Below are positions 55,696 through 64,000 of a DNA stretch of 64,000 bases, piece by piece. The notes under the pieces were generated by a model that was not told the DNA's origin, did not search any database, and saw nothing but the letters and a program-made list of their open reading frames with translations. Origin of the DNA: the human T2T-CHM13v2.0 reference genome, Homo sapiens. Position 1 is the stretch's first letter. The number at the start of each line of letters is the position of its first letter. The stretch lies in assembly GCF_009914755.1 (NCBI RefSeq), contig NC_060930.1. One strand, given 5' to 3'. The position numbers were made by a program, and so were the translations under genes.

Positions 55696-56389
55696 CTCCT
55701 CTTCTCTGAAAGCTTTCTAACACTCATGTGAAATACATGAATAAATTGTGTTGGCTTTACTTTCAAAATATATCCAAAATCTGACCACCTTTATTGCTAC
55801 CACCCTAGATCTAAATCACCATCATCTCTTGACTGGATTATTCTAATGGTCTCCTAAAAGCCATCCCAGCCTACATTCTATTCTCAACATTGCAGCCAGT
55901 CTTTCTGAAATTATAGCTTAGATCATGTGGCTCTTCTGGTCAAAAACCTCAAGAGGCTACCCTTTCCATTCATAGTATAGCAGAAGTCTTTAATAGGCTA
56001 CAAAGCCATACCTAATCAACCGCCCATTACCTCGCTAACTTCCTTTCCCAATTTACCATTCTTTCCCTAACTCATTCTGCTCTAGACACAAGTCTCCCTG
56101 CTGATTCTTGAACATGCCAGCTACAAAACGCTGTTCCTCAGATTTCTTCATGGCTAACTGCTCCACCACCTTTGATTATTTGCTCAAAACTCACCTTCTC
56201 AATGGAGATTACCCTTATCACCCAACTCAACAATGCAAACTGGCCATAACTCCCCTCAGCATTCTCAGCTCCTCTTTACCCTGCTCTACCTTTATTTCCC
56301 CCATCCCAAGACACTAGCCATTTTCTAGCATATTTTATAATTTACCAATTTGTATTACTATTTACAAAATTTAATAATTTGTATTTAAA

Positions 56390-56555
56390 AATAAGCCAGG
56401 CATGGTGGAGCATGCCTGTAGTCCTAGCTACTTGGAAGGGTGAGGCAGGAGAACTGTTTGAGCCCAGGATGTTGAGACTACAGTGAGCTATGGTCACGTC
56501 AGTGCACTGCAGCCTGGGCAATAGAGTGAGACCCTTTCTCAAAATAATAATAATT
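56390..56555 (+). mobile_element. Alu right monomer (AluJ/FRAM-like)
   Basis: AGCCAGGCATGGTGGAGCATGCCTGTAGTCC...GAGTGAGACCCTTTCTC plus (AAT)n. Confidence 0.85.
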
Positions 56556-56821
56556 TTTAATAATTTATGTAAATTTCATGAGGTCAGAGATCATTGTCTA
56601 TAACCCCAATATCTAAAAGAGTACCTGACACTGAATTGATGTTCAATATATATCGAGGAACAGTCTGTAGCAAATATATGAAGGTCACCAGCTCTTAGCA
56701 GGTAGCTGATAAAATGGCCCAGGAAAAGAATATAAAGTAAGGACACAAGCAGCTAAAGGAAGATGTTATGGAACAAATGAAAGAGAAGGTTGCGAAGGAG
56801 TTTAAAAAGAAGCAACTGTAT

Positions 56822-58472
56822 ACACGTCGGACAAACTGAGTCAGCCTTTTTGCCCAGCCACCCCATCACATCCACTGGGCTCATGAACAAAGTGGCCATG
56901 GTGGCAGGGATAGAGGTTATGCATAGGCTCAGCAATATGGACTTTCACTCACCAAGGCCAACCTGGCTATTATAGCCACTTCTGAGTGTTCAATCTGCAG
57001 CAGAGACTAACACTGATTCCCTGATGTGGCACCATTCTCCAGGGTAATTAGCCAGCTAGCTACCTGGTGGCAAGTTCATTACACTCAACAGCTTCCATTA
57101 TGGGAAGGACAACTTTTTTTTCTGGCATAGACCCTTAGTTTGGATCTAGATATGCTTTCCCTGCATGCAATGCTCCTGCCAAAGCTACTATTCATGGACT
57201 TACAAAATGCCTTACCTACCCTCATGGTATTCCACACAGCATTGCTTCTGATCAAGGAACTCACTTTAGAGCAAACGAAGTGTGGGGAATGAGCACATGC
57301 TCATGAAACTCACTAGTTTTACAATGTTTCCCAACAATCTGAAGCAACTGGCTTGACAGAACAGTGGAATGTACTTTTGAAGACTCAGTTACCAGCAAAG
57401 TGCCAATACCTTGCAAAGCTGAGGCAAGGTTCTCCAGGAGGCTGTATGTGCTCTCAATCAGTGTCCAAAAAAATGGTGCTGTTTTTCTCATAGCCAGGAT
57501 TCATAGGTCTAGGAATCAAGGGGTGGAAATGGAAATGGCACCTCTCACTAACAACCCTAGTGTCACACTAGCAAAATTTCTCCTTTCTACCCCTGTGACT
57601 TTATGCTCTGCTGGTCTAGAGGTCTTCATTCCAAACGGAAGAATGTTTCCATCAAGAAACACAATAATAAACCCATTGAACAGGAAATTAAGACTGCCAC
57701 CTGACCACTTTGAGCACCACATGCCTCTGAATTAACAGGCCAAGAAAGGAGTTACTGTGCTGACTGGGAAAAATTGATCCTGACTACCAAGAGGAAACTA
57801 AACTGTTACACTACAGTGGAGGCGGGAAAGAGTATGTCTGAAATACAGGAGACCCCTTAGGGTAGCTCTTAGTATTACCATGCCCTGTGATTAAAGCTAA
57901 TGAAAACAACAATCCAATTCAAGCAGGATTACTAGTGGCCCAGACCATTGAGGATTGAAGGTTTGAGTCACCCTCACCAGGTAAAGAACCACAATCAGCT
58001 GAGATACTTGCTGAGGGCAAAGGGGATATGGATTGGGTCATGGAAAAAGGTAGTTATAAACACCAGCTATGACCATGTGATCAATTAAAGAAAAAGAAGA
58101 CTGTAATTGCCATAAGTATTTCTTCCTTGTTTTGCTATTAATATGTGTGTATACATATAAAAGCAACAATCCATATGCAAATTTCAGAAAATATCATTTT
58201 CTTCCTTCTCTTATCACCTTATCTGATAACATAAGATATACTGACTCTGCATCATAGTATTTAAGTACTGCTAACATTACATCATAGTGTTTAAGTTAAG
58301 GAATATCGACGAGAGTAAACATCACCCAAGGATTTGGCATCTTCTTTTGAGGATAGGGTTGGTGCATTTTTGGTTGTATGCAAGATAGTTTATTGTGTTA
58401 GGTGGAAGTATGGATCTTGTTATTGCCTTTATTCAAAGATTAAGTATGATTTGAGGAGATTCATATGGGTGG
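56822..58472 (+). mobile_element. Older ERV-L internal fragment (integrase, dUTPase, 3' UTR)
   Basis: Colinear with 17620-19190 but more diverged; SRNQGVEMEMAPLT...SAGLEVFIP...KLRLPP. Confidence 0.88.
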
Positions 58473-58690
58473 TGTCATAGTCCATTCAGTTTGCTATGAC
58501 AAAAATACCATAGACTAGGTAGCTTATGAACAACAGAAATTGATTTCTCATAGTTTTGTAGGCCAGGAAGTTCAAGGTCAAGCTGCCAGCAGATTCTGAG
58601 CCTGATAAGGACACATTCCACATAGACAGCACATTCTCGCTGCATCCTCACATGAGGGAAAGGGAAAGGCAGCTTTCTTAGGCCTCTTTT

Positions 58691-61684
<2,994 letters not shown>

Positions 61685-61843
61685 TCTGGCCTCTTCTTTT
61701 TAGAGTACTAATCCCATTTCATGAGGGTGCCATTTTTACGACCTAATCATCACCCAAAGTCCTCACCTCCAAATAACATCACACTGGGGATTAGATTTCA
61801 ACGTACGAATTTGCAGGGGGACACAAACATTCAATCCATAGCA

Positions 61844-62174
61844 AACATGGTGTATCAACATTTGGTCAAACACTATTCTGGATGTTTCTGCACAGGTGTT
61901 TTTGGATGAGATTAACATCTAAATTGGTGGACTTAAATAAATCAGATTACCCTCCAAAATATGGGTGGGCCTCCTCCAAATGGCTGAAGGCCTTAATAGC
62001 ACAGACAGACCTCCTGTCTAGCAAAAATAAATTTTGCCAGCACACTGCCTTTGGACTCAACTGCAACTCTTCCTTCAGTCTTCAGCCTGACAACCTACCT
62101 GAAGATTTTGGATTTAACAAGCCTTCTCCCTCTCCTTCTTTCTCCCTCTATCCATTTATATTTATATTTTCATT

Positions 62175-62211
<37 letters not shown>

Positions 62212-62249
62212 CCTATCAGCTCTGCTTCTTCGGAGAACCCTGAGTAACA
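61844..62249 (+). mobile_element. ERV-L 3' LTR remnant (MLT2B/C/D-like) with (CA)n at 62178-62210
   Basis: TTTGGTCAAACACTATTCTGGATGTTTCTG...GAGAACCCTGAGTAACA. Confidence 0.8.
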
Positions 62250-64000
62250 CCCTGATTAACACCAACACTTATTTGATATTGAGTTGGCTACCTCTTTTAA
62301 CCCTCACAACAATCTTTTCAAATAGCTGTTGTTCTCTCTAATCCATGGATGAAAAAAACTAAGGTCTACAAAGGCTTAGTACCTTAGTAAGAAAGAGTGG
62401 AGTCAAAAACAGACAGCAAAGCAGTTACAGTCGCCATGGCAGGGCCTGTAGTGGTTGCTCAAGGATCTACTGCTAGTGAGATAGAGCCTGAATTTCAATC
62501 TAAGGTTATCTAAACCCAAAGGTAGGGAAAAATATTATATTTATCTTTGTGCAAATACAGAAACTGAATACACTATCCAAAGTAAGTGACCTAAACTTGC
62601 AACTGTGTTGGAACAGAGACTGGAGGCTAGAAAAGTGTGCTTTCAACTACAATATACTTAAAGTGTGACTAAAAGCCACTCTAACCTGTTTTATTCTGTT
62701 CAGGATGGCATTTCCTGATCATTTGCTTTTGCAGTATCATATGATAAACATGGTCTGTCTGAGCACGCAGTTTAGAAAGCAAAATTTTATTTCATTCAAA
62801 TGTTCCTAAAGAGAGTAAATTTTTTAAAAACATCATTGTGTTTACAGGAAAATTCTTCTCAAAGTTGGCTACCCTTTCCAAATCATTAAATGTTTTCATT
62901 TTCTCACCCAATAAAAAATAAACTAGACAACTGCATAAGAGAAATATAAAAACCACCTTCAGCAATGTGTTACCTGTCAAAGTCAGAGTTCAGATGCTCG
63001 AAATTTTTTACTACTCTAAGAACCTGGATCTCCTGACTGTTGAAGGAAGGTGGCAACAATCCATGAATGTTCAATTGCTGTCTCTCTTCCAGGGTAAAGG
63101 CCAAGTCCTATAGAGAAAAAACACACACACACACACAACAGTATTTGAGAGGAAAATAGACAAAAAGCATACATATAAAATCTGACAAGTATATGCAATT
63201 AAAAATCCGAAGTCTGCGTCACTGGAAGCATGGCCATGTGGCTGTGAGTAAACCATGTAAGCTCTCCATATCTCAGTTTCCCTATCTGTAGAAATTAGAA
63301 TACTATAATATTTCAGAGCTGTGCCACTCAGAGATAATTAGGATAAAATCAGATGATGAATGGAAGGAAACTACTTAAAGACACAAAAATGAAAGAAGAT
63401 ATAATCATTATTATCAATGTCAGTACATATAAAAATAAAAAGTCATTATTAGAAGAGATTTTAAAATTATGAATGTGAGTAAGTCACCTGTGACCTGCTG
63501 TGATTCCACCTTTAAAATAGGTCAGGAAATGCCTTATATGATTCTGAGTTACCTGTTTCAACATTCCTCTCCCAAGTTGTAGCCTTTGATTCTTATGTAC
63601 TCCTAGGCATACAAAACTTCTCACCATTGTCCATACATACCACACCCTTTTATTCTTCCATGGCACATGGTCAAGATATTCTTCCCTGTTTCTCTGCCCT
63701 TTATGTCTTACCTCAAATGCTTCCTCCTGTCTAAAGCCTCAGTATATCCATTACAACCCTATTATTATACCTATGTTACCTGTTTACATGAACATTGATT
63801 GTATAAAACAAATGATAATAACAAGCTATGAAGCTCAAAAACATGAAAACTAAATAGAAATTATGCATTGATGCATAAACCATAATGGACCTAAGATATT
63901 TGCTGGCATTAATACAAGACAAAGTAATATCAGAGCAGCTCCCGTAGTCATTAAGAAAATGATGTGGTAGATTGGGATAAGGAGTCCCTCTGGAGAGGCA

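Overview
This is primate genomic DNA, almost certainly human, since it carries an AluYa5. It is AT-rich and repeat-dense, and lies entirely inside the cytosolic NADP-dependent malic enzyme gene ME1, which is transcribed on the minus strand. Three coding exons with canonical GT-AG boundaries are present: 53573-53722 (150 nt), 7271-7346 (76 nt) and 1384-1545 (162 nt), corresponding to exons 3-5. They are separated by a ~46 kb and a ~5.7 kb intron. The introns hold a near full-length HERV-L provirus with both MLT2A1-type LTRs and a rare SVA2-type VNTR retroposon in its gag. They also hold a full-length processed GAPDH pseudogene with a later 239-bp internal tandem duplication, a four-level nest (ERV-L > MLT1A-type LTR > L1PA > AluYa5), Tigger1 and hAT/Charlie fossils, several L1s and about 20 Alus. 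Most ORFs in the track are repeat-derived or spurious. I found no intact novel gene or multi-gene system. The best leads are the SVA2-in-HERV-L insertion, a T17 tract forming the exon 4 acceptor, the duplicated GAPDH retrocopy, a nested 60-nt hairpin and a composite inverted-Alu structure next to exon 3. Repeat subfamily names come from recalled consensus sequences, and the edges of old repeats are approximate.
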